From: Malacoraja senta
Taxonomy: Eukaryota
Length of the DNA stretch: 64,000 nt
Direction of reading: 5' to 3'
Assembly: GCA_038087875.1 (NCBI GenBank)
Contig: CM075984.1
Location: 34,658,001-34,722,000 of the forward strand
Shown: positions 12,654 to 26,300 of the stretch, in pieces
How positions within the stretch are numbered: the first letter of the stretch is position 1
Layout of the letters: each line of letters starts with the position of its first letter
The notes under the pieces: generated by a model
What the model was told of the DNA's origin: nothing
Databases searched by the model: none
Seen by the model: the letters and a program-made list of their open reading frames with translations, nothing else
Position numbers and translations under genes: made by a program

Positions 12654-15600
12654 GGTTGAGTGAGTGAATGAGTGAGTGGAGTAGCATTATCGGTTAGCAT
12701 TCTTTTTCAAATATTGGAATGAAACAATATATTCTTGCATGGTGAGTCTGCAACAGGTGACACATGGATTCCTGGTTACCTTTCCAATGTAGTTCCTGCC
12801 AAAATGTAATTCAAATAACAAAAAAAGAAGCATGGGGTAGATATTCACTTGCTTATCACAATGTACCATACAAAACTTGCAAAAAATTCAAAGGAACAGG
12901 AAAATAAGAAAAAAACATTTTACTGGAAGATTGGATCCAATCTCACTGTATTTACACAAAATATGTACATTGATTGACAATTAATATGTACAAAAATACA
13001 GTCACAGCCATATTTATATATAAATTAAGAATAAATACAATATGTCGACCTCATGACAAGGCAGAAGATAGAACCAAAAAAGACAATGCACTTTCTGCTC
13101 TCCAAAGGGAGAGCAAGGTTAGTAACAAGGAACTATAACTTGATGAGTTAAAGTGGGTGCAGTGAAACCTTGTCTCTTGCGAGCAGTCAGATAATTCTGA
13201 TTACAATAGTCATTAGGCCATCCTATAAATACTAACACTGTGCAGCTCTCTTCAAACAGTGCCACCAATACTTTCAAATAGGGAACCATAATCTCCCATT
13301 AAACAGATCTATTAGACTTTTAAACATAACGTTGCAACCATTAGCCAAGTATTTCGAATAAAGCTATGATCTATCTTTAAAGAAAAAGAGCAAAATATCT
13401 CTCTCTAAAGGCAGTCATCAGTCTCAGAGAAACTATTTCTTTCAAAGGTATTTGCGGACTGTTTTCGACAGAAACCCACAGTATTCCACTAAATGGAGCT
13501 ATAGTCACTATAAATGTCAATAGTTTGTTGTTGAAACGTAACTACCAATGTCTTTTCCAGACATAGGGAGTAACTCCACAGGTTCCACTGCACCAAAATT
13601 TAAGGTCTCAAAACAAGATGGTTGATACTTTGCGTATCTCTCTCACTTGATTAAAGTACCATGTTTCTTCATTTTCCTTTTTAACTCTTCCTGCTAATAG
13701 AAGATCTTTTATTTCCTCCTCTCTAGTAGGGGTATCGCTCTTCACATTTCCCTGATCTCAAATTTTTTTATAGGTTTGTTGTTTACTTGATATGTATAAT
13801 GAGCTCTTGCCCACAAATAAATGCAATGTGCTCCGCAAAAAAACACTTGTTTGGAAGTAACTGGAGGACAGAGAAGATGAGGTTGCTTTGCCCTGGGGAA
13901 AGTCTAGGACATTATAGAACTTTTGCCAAGCCTTCAGTTCTTTCTCATTGAGGATGACATATAGATGCCAAGAAATTCCAGCGATCCTGGTATCTAACAT
14001 GCCTACCATAATCTGCATGTGATGGATAACGGCTGCTAATGGTGGCCACTGATAGAGGAAATTTGAGAATAGTTGACATAATTCATATAATTATGAATGA
14101 AATTACGTGACATAATTTCACCTCTATCAGATCCTGTCTCATTCTTTATTGCTATCCCACGTTATTTTAGGCAGGAACATGGAGAAGAAAGCATCCCAAT
14201 ATCTTCATTTAATAGTCAATAAACCTCCATTACTGGACTTATTTTTTTACGTTGCTGTAGTAACACTATTATACTTCCATTAAGCCTTCCTCTCCATAAC
14301 ACTACCTCAATTTCTCCAATGTCTCTGATATACATTTGTGTTTTCCTCAAGATTTTTCTCTTGCTTTGGGCTGGAAGTGGTCACCATGGATTCTCCAAAA
14401 ACAGGAAAAATAGGTTGACCTTCAACACCATTGTGGATAGGACAATAAAAAACTAAATTGAACTAAAAGACATCTAGCTTAGATGTGGTATTTTAGTCTG
14501 CATGTAAAAGTTGGGCCAAAGAGCCCGTTTCATTGCTGTATGATTCTAAGACTCTATGACCATCTTTTAAAAGGGCATTTAAAAATACATCAGGGAAATA
14601 AATGTTACCATTTGTTTTCAACAACAGCCTGCGTTAACACATAAAAGTCACCTTTCCCCAGATGACTTGTGAACTACCCTTTGCCACCCTGCCAATATTC
14701 CTACTTTTTACATAACAGGCCATTCGGTCCATCTGTCTGTCTGCTCCCAATGGAACTATCCCATTCATCCTCTCCTTATTTCCCTGTGTCCCTGCAATTT
14801 ATTCTGTTTCATATACTCATTGACTGCTCTGATTATTTTGTCATTTATTCACCATAAGGAATAGTTTACAATTGCCAATTAGCCTATCAATAGGCCTTTG
14901 GGATAATGGGGAGGAAATCAGAGCACCCGGAGAGTCAGTAAACTGGGGGTCTAGATCTACGTTTAGTTCTGAGTAATGCACTATAGCAAAGATATGCACA
15001 GGAGGAGCTAACATGGCTGTAATCGTAATGATTACTAGTTTAAACAGACAGGGGTATGGGACAGAGATTGATGAGCTGGGAATGCTTATGCTGGACAAGG
15101 CTAAAGGGAGGTACCATTCAAGAATTCAACTTGCATTTACAACATGGCTGTAAGGCGGAGAAAATGAGGCAAGGTGCATCAAAGGCATGTCTGCAAATGA
15201 ATGAATATCAATTCATAGAAACATGATACTAGGTAGAGACCAAAAACATGGATAGAGAATTAGATGCTAAGTAAATACTTGTTAAAGAGAAAGATAGAAA
15301 ATAGGTCAGGAAGACCAGCAGTTAATTGAATTGGGTACAATGTCTCATTGATCCTGAAATCAGGCCTTTATCGGCTTCATTCTTCTAAGCATTCTTCAAG
15401 GGATGTGCAAAACCAGTAGATCAAACATAAAAAAGGCATTTGGCAAACAAGTCTTGAAGGAGTTGCATTATGATCTACAACTTAGGTCAACCTATCATCT
15501 TGGTCAACCTGTATTCTTCCAAATCACAATGATTTTTTAATTGGCAAAAGAATTACAACCCTATGGGAAGTCCAGGGTGTGACATGACTCACAGTGATAT

Positions 15601-15984
15601 AGCATGGAAATGGGCATTTCAGCCCAATGAGTTGCCAACGACATCAACTATCCACTTACGCTTATATATTAATCCCATTTAAGAAAAAAATCTTCACTTT
15701 CTCATCAACTCCCATCCAGACTCTATCACATCTGTAACTATGGGCAATTTAAAGTAGCCAATTAACCTACTCAACTGCACGCCTGGAAGAAACTCACAGG
15801 GTCACAGAGAGAATAAACAACACTTGAGGTCAGGATTGAACCCCCGGTCTCTGGCACTGTGCGGCAACAGCTTTATTAGCTCCGCCACTGAGACAGGACA
15901 TAATAAAATCTCTGCTTAATTCACTCTCATACATCACATGATTTAGCATTCACTCTACCACATTCCATACTCTCCAGGTATCAA

Positions 15985-16290
15985 CTGTGGCTCAGTAGAT
16001 TGCACTCTGACCATACTGAGAGTGCTGCACTATCAGAGGGTATATTTCAAATGAGATGAAAACCAAGTATGCCCTCATAATTGGATACAAACAATTCCAT
16101 AAGTTTATATGGAGTAGATAGTGGACATTTATGTGGTCTAATATTTTTTATGTGGTCATTATCAATGCCTATTTGTGGGATGTTGCTATTGCGGTTTTCA
16201 ATATTAAAAAAATAATATACTTCAGAATTATGGGCTCTATGCTTTTTGGCATCTTGAGTGTCAAAATTGTTGTAAAAAGTACAATTCTTT
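15985..16290 (+). mobile_element. Deu-domain SINE remnant (SacSINE1/AmnSINE1-like)
   Basis: tgtggctcagtag head, then tactgagagtgctgcactatcagagg..tttcaaatgagatgaaaacc..tggatacaaacaattccata, resembling the Deu core. Confidence 0.55.
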
Positions 16291-17308
16291 TTAAGGACTC
16301 ATTCTCATACATCCCAAATGCTTCTGAAATGACTCTCACATTGCAAACACTTCTGAAATTAGTCTCACGCGTTCCAGTCACTCCAGGACTGATTCCTTTA
16401 CTTCCCAGACATACCAGGACTGATTCTCATATATCTTTAATACTACAGAATTATATAATCCAGGGTGCGTTCCAAAGAGTAAGGCTGGGCCTAGAAGATG
16501 CCTGTTGGCAGTGTTGCACTTAAAGCTCCACTGTTGGGAGTATGAGCATGTACGCAAGCTCCTACATATCCATACTCTAAAGTTCACATATGTTTTTTTT
16601 CTCGTTTAGGCAATAGAAAACAACACATTAATGGCAGGAGCTTTGAAGGCAACCTGTACAGGAAGACACTGTCATAGCATTCCCAGTTTCTTCAAGTTGA
16701 TGTTCTGTAAAAGGCCTCCTTACAGATTCCAGGTTCTGAAAAAGATGTAGGGCCCCACACAAACTAAGTGCCTCTCACAGACCACAATACAAATTTCTGT
16801 GGATGAGAGTTACAGTTTCATTAGGCCATATATTGTTTTTAAATGAAAGAGATGCTTCGTCCCTTTCGTAAAGGAGTTTTTGAGGTTAGGTCACCGTTGT
16901 GCAGAACATTCCTTTGTCGAAGAGGCATAATCCCACTTCATTGGGATCACTACTGAATTTTACACCAATCACACACAATTTTACTCCGAGCTAATTTTCC
17001 GAGTAATAATCCCAACTCGTTGCCATGGATACCGTGCTTGAGGTAACTTCCATTTCGAGTTGACGTTTTTTTTAACCTTGAATCCAGCATTATTTTGATT
17101 GCTTAAACCTTGCTCCCATTTTCCTTTGGCCGTGAGATTGAGTACGAAGTCCCATATAACTGATATTGGTTCGATTCTCCAAAGCCACACTTTCTAATTA
17201 ACTGAAGGCGAGGCAAACACGTACAGCCAAAGGCTAGCCGCTCTCATCCTCTATTCAACGGGCTGGAGGCTTAGGTAGCTCTGTATACACAAGAGCTGAA
17301 CACGTACA

Positions 17309-17398
17309 TCATACTTCGCTGACAGGTGTATTCCGGCTCAACTCCTTGATCCCATGTAGGATTCGCTTCATGTGACCCACTCTTGTTATCCCCAAGTC
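17309..17398 (-). CDS. DGKD: DGKD last coding exon (SAM end): [29 protein letters not shown]
   Basis: tggcag| acceptor; TGA at 17311-17309. Confidence 0.95.
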   Translation of the reverse strand, partial: DLGITRVGHMKRILHGIKELSRNTPVSEV

Positions 17399-20300
17399 CT
17401 GCCAAACACAGGATAGAAGACAGATGTTTAATAGTGGTGTGATAATTTGATAAATACTGTAATAATACCAATGAGAATCTAGATCAGGAAATTAAAATAA
17501 CCTGCAAAGGAAAGAGGTTTAAATGGATAGAGTAATGCTCCAAGGTGTCTGAATGCAATGCAGTGCCTTTCACTCTGGTAGACCACATATATTTCACTGG
17601 TACATAATTCGCAAGTCCTCACCAACTATTCATTACACTCAGACCAATTAATAAAGTACTTCTCTGATCAGCCTGTTCTTTGGAGAAGATGTAAGCACGT
17701 AAATTTTCTATTGAGTTTTCCCAGTCGAATATGATGCCCCCAGATCTGGTTATACCATGATGCTCTCCTTTAACACAGCTCAATGACGGACTTGCTTCTT
17801 TCTCCTGAAATAAAGCATGCTTTTGATATGGGTGGTAATGGGGGAATTTAGATTAAAGAGAGCAGTGGTTGCCTCACCTGCAGAATTGCACAAGTCAATG
17901 CAGGTCACTGTCAAAATATTCAGCTTCTGGCCTCATGAAAGTCCAGTTGGAAAATGTTTAACTACAAGGTACACACAGTATGTGATCATGTAGTTGCAAT
18001 ACATACTGAGCATCTTGTTAGTAAACAGTGCCTTTCCATTAGTGTAGAGCTTGTATTTTGCTAGTGAAAAGCAACATCCCGCTCATGCAGAGTCTTATTG
18101 CACGATTGGACATGTCACATGTACTAAGTGCGGATACTACTGAGGCTTTTTTCTTCTGGCAAATGCTGGCACATTTTGCATATAGCCCCTATATAACCAG
18201 TCATTCCTACAAGATCAGCTTGTAATGCATCACTTTCTCAGCTTGCTTGGAGAATTAGGTGAAGCTAAAACACTGGGCTGTTCATATTTCTCATGTTCTG
18301 AATGTAATGATCCAGACTAAGTTCACTGAAAAGGATTAGCTGGGCATTGGGGCATTCCAGATGAAAAGGTGGAGGTCAAATCTTTTACATAATTGTACAT
18401 TTGCTTTTGGTTTGTGAATGGGAGTGATGGTGACTTTGTGTGGGAGTTTAATATTATTTTTTCTTTCAGGCCTTCAAGTGGCAAATGGTACGGTTTGCAA
18501 TTCTTGAAAAAATATAATTGAAGCTTGAACATTAACCTGAAGCACCTGGAGAAAAGACAGGGCTTTCGAAAACATATCTGGCAGAAAAACCACAATCATG
18601 TAATGATCTTCAACATATTTTGACAACTATTATCTTGATCCTATGCCGTTCATGTGATGATGGTACAATCACAGAACTTAGATAAATTATTCCAGAATTG
18701 TGATGCTTTGGCATTTCAAAGTTACCTGGGTGCATGACTTGGAGAAAAAATTGCTAATGGTGGTATTCATACTTCTGCCCTTGTTCTTCCAAGTGTCAGA
18801 GGATGTGGGTTCTAAAGTTATACTAATGAAGTCTCGGTGGGTTTCTACAATGTATTTTGTAATGGTAAACAGTGCAGACAGGGTGTGTCAATGGTGGAAA
18901 CGATGACGTTCAGGATGGCTGACTGAGTGCCTACCAAACCCGAATGTTAAGTTTGCATGTTGAAAATTCTTAGAATTGCAGTCTTCCATGTTCTTGTCTT
19001 CATTTAATCAGCCAGGTCCCGACCTACTTCTCTAGCAAGTTTACAGACGTTAATAACTAGAGATTTGGTGATCGCAACGTCACCAAATGTCACCTGTGAA
19101 GTAGTTAAGATGGTCTCTTGCTGGAAATGTTTATTGCTTAATATTTGAATGGTGCAAATATTACTTGCCACCTAACAGCACATCTGCCAATGATACTTAG
19201 ATTAGCAGCATGCAGGTATTTCAATATTAGAGGTATTGTGAATGAACCATTCGCAAACATCCCACTTCTGACATGATGATAGGGAAGGCAACTTAGGAAG
19301 GCTGGACCTTGGAACTCTTGCTATATTATTAGTGCCTAAAGTGATAGGTTTCCCACAACTACAATCATCTCCCTTTGTTTAAATATGATTCCAATCATTG
19401 AAGTGTTTTCTCCTTGGTTCCCACTGGCTCCTGATGGCACACTTTGTCATTTGCTGTCTCGATATCATGGATAGCTTCTCTCACCATCCTTCTGGATTTC
19501 AGCTTTTTTAATGTGTGGACCAAGGCTGGGAGCTGGGAGACCATGCAAACTGAGCACCTACAAAGTGGATTGCAGCGAATAAATGGTGTCTGATGGCTTC
19601 CCATCATCTGCCAGATATTTGAAAGTAGCTTGTCAAACAGGACCTGCCCTCCTCCATGCAGGTACACAAAAATGCTGGAGAAACTCAGCGGGTGCAGCAG
19701 CATCTATGGAGTGAAGGAAATAGGTAACGTTTCGGGCCAAAACCCTTCTTCAGACTCCTCCATGCAGACTGGATATATGTAGGCATTTTTTGCACATTGT
19801 CAGATGGCAGTCTGGCTGCACAGAAACATCTGGAATACATCTGCTTTTGAGTGCATGTCTTCTGCAATGTACTCAAGCCCCATGGTTTTTACTGTATTTG
19901 GTATGCCCAACCAATTTTTGTTATCTTGTAGCGTGAATGAAAGTGGCAAAGAATGGCTTGTGAGGTGGTGAGAACCAGAAATGGATCATCCAATTGAGAC
20001 ATGGACGAAAGCGTGTGACCTCTATATTCATGAAGTCTCCTTTGTGTTAGTTAATTCCTTCACCAATATGCAAACTGGAACCAAGGGATCACGAAGCTTT
20101 GATCTGATCCATTTGTAATGGGATCACTTAGGTTTTACTTACAGCCTGTTGCTTTCATTATTTTTAACACATATAGTTCTATGCTGCAGCTTCACCAAAG
20201 GCTCAGCGTAGCTCCATGCATGACCGACTGGATTTATCATCAAACTACATTTGGCCTGCCATCTTACTTGGGAATTTGACCAATGAAGATTTGTCAAAAA

Positions 20301-23300
20301 TTGGTCAAACAACAAAGTTTCAGAATATTGTCAAATACAATTCCGAATTTACTGAAGGCTCATAACACATCATTGATGATCTGTTTATAACTGCCAGATT
20401 TGTTCTGAATTTATTCCCTGTTGCATAGTGCAGCACCTCGTGGAAGAATGCTTCTTCTGAATATGGATATAAGAGTTTGTCTCAACATAAATATGTTGTG
20501 GTCATTCCTACTAATAATGTCATGGATGAATCCAACTGCAAAAGCTAGATCGGTGAGGATGAAAATAAAAGGTCCATTATAATTCATGTTCTAAATGTAA
20601 CAGGCAGGTATATTGAGAAATACAAACATGTTATATAAAAGTGTTGCTCAAAATTCTTGACAGAAAGCTGCTACTGTGCACAGGAAAAGCATGCAAAAAT
20701 ATATACATTAAACATGCTGGGTTTCTGTTGGGTTGCACTTGAACAGTACAGTAGTACAAATCGTTGATTCGGCTGAGCTGGCAATACTGTGTTAAATTCT
20801 GGCTGCCACGCTGTAAGCGGCTTGCGGAAAAGATTCACATAATGTTGCCAGGATTGCTTGAGTTATAAGAAGTTTGGGGAAGCTGGGACTTTTTTTTTTT
20901 TAAAGAGATACAGCATGGAAACAGGCCCTTTGGCCCACTGACTCCACACTGACCATTGATCACCTGTACATGTTATATGTTATCCCACTTTCGTATCCTA
21001 CACACTAGAGGCAATTTACAGAAGCCAATTATTGACAAACTTGCACGTCTTTGGAATGTGGGAGGATACCAGAGCACCTGGAGAAAACCCACAGGGTCAA
21101 AGGGTGAATGTACAAACTCCACGCAGACTGCACCCATGCTCAGGATCGAACCGGGTCACTGGCGCTGTGAGGTAGTAGCTCTACCACTGAGGAGTGACCT
21201 TATATAGAGGTTTATAAAATTATGAGGGACATAGATATGGTAGATACCGTCTTTTTTGCAGGGTCGGGGAATCTAAAACCAGAGGGCATAGGTTTAAGGT
21301 AAGAGAGGAAAGATTTAACAGGGATCGAGAGGCAAAAGTTTTGACAGAATGTGGTGGTTGTATGGAACAAGCTGCCAGAGGAAGCAGTAGAGGCAGGTAC
21401 AATTGCAATGTTTAAATTACATTTGGACAGTTACATGGTTAGGAAAGGTTTTGAAGGATACGGGCCAAATGGGATAAACATTGATAGGCATCTTAGTTAG
21501 CATGGACCAGTTGGGATGAAGGGTCTGTTTCTCTGCTGTATGACTAGGAATCTATGAATGGTAAAACATCCAGCAACAAATAAAGCGTTATTTTTACAAA
21601 TATACTTTACTGCAAAGTTTCCCAGATATTTCAGATTAGACAATGATTACCCTGAAAAGTTTAAGATTGAGAAATCTTACACAAAAAATGAAAGGGAAAA
21701 AAAGTGTTTGAAATACCCACAAAGCTTGGCAGCAACTGACATCACATCAGATTGTCAACCCACAAAGGAAATTTTGATAATTTTCCTTATGATTATAATT
21801 TCTGCTATCTCTTGTCTCACCTCGTTGCTAATTCTTAATTGTTCAAAAGTCAACTGGCTGGATCCAAATTTCACTCCCAACCTAAACATTTTATTTGTCT
21901 CCTGCAGGATCTAAAATATTTTGGGATGTAAAAAATTATAGCGTATGAACTGTTCTGGTAATTTTCATCAATGTAATTCTATTATCCATTCTTTTAAGTA
22001 TGCTTTACAAACTCCTTTAGGAGTAATAAATTCAAAATTCCTTCCAACTGATGTGATCTCAGCCCACCCAGGAAATTAATGCAGAAAGACGATACTGACA
22101 AGGCCAGGCCACACTAGCTTGTCATTCATGCAGAAGTGAGAATGTCACTTGCAGTACCTTCAGATCTCGCCTCTCCAGATGCAAGAGCTCTGAGCCACGG
22201 ATGTCGTGTCCGATGAAGATGTCTCTGTATTCGAACAGGCTAAGATGCTCTAACCAGGCCGCCACCTCCTCAGTACCCCACTGATGCACTGTGGGAAAGC
22301 CAAGAGCAGTGCCACCTTCAGTACCCACAATCCCAAAGGCAAAGAGAAATGCACAACCATCACCTGCTAGCAATGAAGAGGCCCACAGAAATTTCAGAGA
22401 GTGCAGAGTTAAGAGGAATTTCAAGAGGATTCAGTGAATCAGTGAACATGCAATGCAACCTGGTGATCGACACAGCTGTTGAAATGAAATACATGCTTTT
22501 AAAGCTCCAAGCTACAACATCAAATGTTTTAAAACATTTTAGCAAAGAACAGGAATGGACCCTTCGGCCCACAATATTTGTGCCGAACATGATGCCTAGC
22601 TAAACTGATCTCATCTGCCGGCACATGATCCATACTCCTCTATTCCTTGCACTTCCACGTGACTATCTAAAAACCTCTTCTACACCACTATTATATCTGC
22701 TTCCACCACCACCCCTGGCAATGTCAATCTAACTCCAGCAATGGAAAACCCTGCTGGACAAAGAAAATAGTGTTGACATAAAAAAATCATCTGTAATACT
22801 TAGGTACAGTAAGCAACGACATCCCATGTATCACTGATGATCTATTCAAAGTTAGCTGACGCCTATCCTGGTACGGTTTTTAATTATTTTACCTGGGCTA
22901 TCCACCAAGTATTGGTTGGAAATAGTGGAGGAAGCTGCCTTGTGTTCCTGTTTCATCGGGCCTATGAGAGTCCGAATGAAGAAGTGTCTGAAGAAAGAAC
23001 TGGGTTTGGCTTTGGTACTATCCTAACAATCACTGCTTGATTCTATACATGAAGAATGATCAACTGAATGACATTTCAGAGGATAACAAGCGCCTTTGGA
23101 ATCTGCACACAAATGTTAACTTTTGAGGGAGAAGAGAAACAGGAAGGAGAAAAGTAATTTGGTTGTGTTGGTAATTTGGTTGTGTCCATTCATCTCCACC
23201 CCATGTCTAGCCTGTGTGATTGCACCCTGAATGTGTTGCACACCATGTTAAGTTGCTCCCAGAACCTTCTGCTCAACTCCATGGCAATGGCTTAAAGTCA

Positions 23301-26300
23301 GTTGGTATTCAGTGACTGGTAGGAAAGTACAAAATTAACCCAGATGTAATACGAGTCAGGATGCAGTTTATCCAAGTTAGATACCATCTATAGTTATTAC
23401 TCAAAGTAAGATTCTATGTCCAAACAATACTATAATTTCTTGTGCAGGAAACCTTGCAGTTTATATTGATGTGGGTCCCATTTAAAACTAACCTGGAGCA
23501 TGTCCTCAATTAATTGTGCAATACGTTAGTGTCCACAAACAGGTAAGACAGCTACTTAATCAGAACAGCTTATAATTTCTTGCAGTGTTTAAATTTAATA
23601 TTCAGAACTTACTGTTTTTATATTAGATGGACAATGCTGCATCGATCAGGTGCAAAAAAAATATTCTGATAAAGTGAAAAAAAGCCAGGTTGGGGTAAAT
23701 GCTCAGAATAACCAGCAATCTCCATTTGTATGGTTTATTCTGAGCTGAATAGCAAATGGTTCTCTACAGACAACCTTGAGGCCTGGATTAGCAGAGCTGA
23801 GGCCTAATCTCTCTGGCTGCCTCACAGCTGACCCTCAATCGTAATTAAAATTCAGGCTTTAAAGTTTTGCTTTAATCTTCTTTAAAAAAATTAAGTTCCT
23901 GCATTTAGATCACACTGCATTCTGAAAGTTGCTCCACCAAAAAGTACATCTGGAACAGCTTAGCTATTTCATCCAACTCATGCTCATTTGCAATTGTATA
24001 TTCTTAATAGTGTATATTGGAAATACATTTGACCAATGGAAGAAATGACTCTGTGACTTTCTAGTGGATAGTTCCCTTCCCTGAGACATGACATGGTTAG
24101 CAAGATGAGATCAGATAAAATAGCTCACACCTGGCAGCATATTATACTAAAACAAAAATCATAGTGGTAGTTACAGTTGTGGTTTGAAACTTCCATCAGC
24201 ATCATCTAATCAAACAGGGACTACTTACTTCGAATGCAAATCCTGCAATGGCATGGCATGCTTTCTGCTCCTGAACTGTTTTCCCAGTATTTCAATGGAT
24301 GATGAATGCAGACCAATTTACAAGGATATCATTGGGAATTCTACCTAGTGGCCCATTATCAAAACAATCAATGATGTCTCTATGAGGCATCAAATTATGA
24401 GAAAGATAGATATAGGAGGGCACTGATTTCTTTGAATGCATTTAGCCTGAGCCAGATAAGCTAACATTAAAATGGCTATGAAAAATGCCTTCCACATATC
24501 AAAGCTGTTACCATCAGTACAGATTGTATTGTGAACTTGTATCACTCCTGACTTGAATGAAGACACATAGGCAAACCTGGATAACGATAAAACAAACACA
24601 ATGGTGGAGAGCCAAAGTCCACATACACACCTGGCAAACCCATATTCCCTCTGGTTTCCTTATTCTTGTTATTTTTCTCTTTTTTTAACTTTGACACAAG
24701 GCGGAACTTGGCACTACGAGTGCGTTTGGAATATTCCAACAACTGGCCCTGGAAAGGCACAGGAAGAAAAAAACAGTGATAACTTTCAGTTTATTAGACA
24801 CACAGAAAAAAATATCCCACTCACACTCATGCCTTTGACATCAGGATCAAGTGGGAAGCAGATCAAATGTGTAAACAAGATTTGGCCTTGCTCATAGCAT
24901 ACCAGTCTTTGACTCACACCAGCAAACCCTTTCATGCATTTGTAGGAACCAGACTTTGCTAGACTTTTGGATTACTTATGCCTGTTTGAGGTCACAAGGA
25001 GCTTTCATAAAAAGTCACCTGGCATCTTCAGGAGGAAAATAAATTAGTAAAGAAACAACAACATGGGTTTTCGACTGAACATACAGTATTCTAAAAATCA
25101 ATCATTAAGTAAAATTCTTTGTTTGCTTCTGAGCCTACCTCATCGTCACTTGGTTCAATGAGCTGACACAGCCAGGGGATTTCTGCCAGTCTGCGAAGCT
25201 GAAGGTCCACATTAGCCAGAGCCCCAGTGAGCTCGTCCTTCTGAGGGGGATCCAACTGCTGCACCCAGAAAAGGAAAGCATACAGCAGCATGCTCAGTAA
25301 TAATCACTAAACAAAAACAAATGCTAGCCTTAAACATGGGGTTGCAAATGTTTTTTTTTCTATTCAATACATTTTCTCTCTTTTTTTGAATTGTTTTATG
25401 ATCAGAAATGATTGAACAATGATTTTAGCTTCTGGGTTTCAGTGTCATCACCAGGGAGTGCTTTAGGCTAGCCAAATCTGAAAGCCCAGCTGTCTGTATT
25501 TATGTGAAATGGCTACCAAACAGTAGCTGTTTACAGAGTCTGTAAGCAATCCAATCTTGTATGAATTAGTAATACACTATCAACCCCCTGTTTATACAAC
25601 ATGTTATCTCTTAGAAAGGCACCAGTTACTTAAAAAGTCTCCGTAATGTTGAAAACTAAAAATAAATTGAAAACATCTGAGGTTAATTAATTTTATTTCA
25701 GTCATTAATTGTAATTAACAGAAAATAGAATGTCGTTGATATTAAAGCTTATTTTTTATATATTGCCTTGCAACTACAGAAAAGCTCACCCTCACCCATT
25801 TGCATTGCAGTATATTTAACATAATTCATATGTTTCTTGTGAAATTGTTTAATTTAAACAGTTGCTTATTCCCAACTTATCTATTACTTATATGCAGAAC
25901 CTTCCAAACCTTGATCCAGCCTGCACTCACTTAATTATATATTATTCTTTTTATAGAACAAAGCTCATGAATATTTTCCAGCTTGTAATTTACTCCAGCG
26001 TTTCCACTGTTCTATATATATACACCATCTCTACACTTTAATTAGACTCCAGTCCTTAAATCGGCAGCTGTGCTATTTGATATGTAGATCATTTGAATCT
26101 TCCTATAGCATCAGTCGGTAACTTATTTTAACCACTGAAACATTTCATTTAACTTTTGATTCACTTAATTATTCTACATTTATGTACTTGAACCCATTAG
26201 TTCCTTCAATTTGGGTCATTCCTTACCAGTGACATTTTGCCTGCCAGCAGCAGCTCGGTCTCATTGTGCAGGGCTTTGCCATTGTTCACCATTTCCATCA

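Larger units (their letters stand above)
12190..17308 (-). other. DGKD: Probable long DGKD 3' UTR (3' end uncertain)
   Basis: Follows the stop codon; mostly unique AU-rich sequence. Candidate poly(A) signals on the minus strand: AATAAA at 12400-12405, ATTAAA at 12190-12195, AATAAA near 10650. Confidence 0.4.

Noticed and set aside
12433-12687. His-Thr repeat ORF (and the poly-Gly/Pro ORFs at 9579-9824)
   Set aside because: Translations of (TG)n and poly-G runs.
18600-20600. Possible coding sequence in the last DGKD intron
   Set aside because: Only short ORFs; looks like a highly decayed LINE that I cannot classify confidently.
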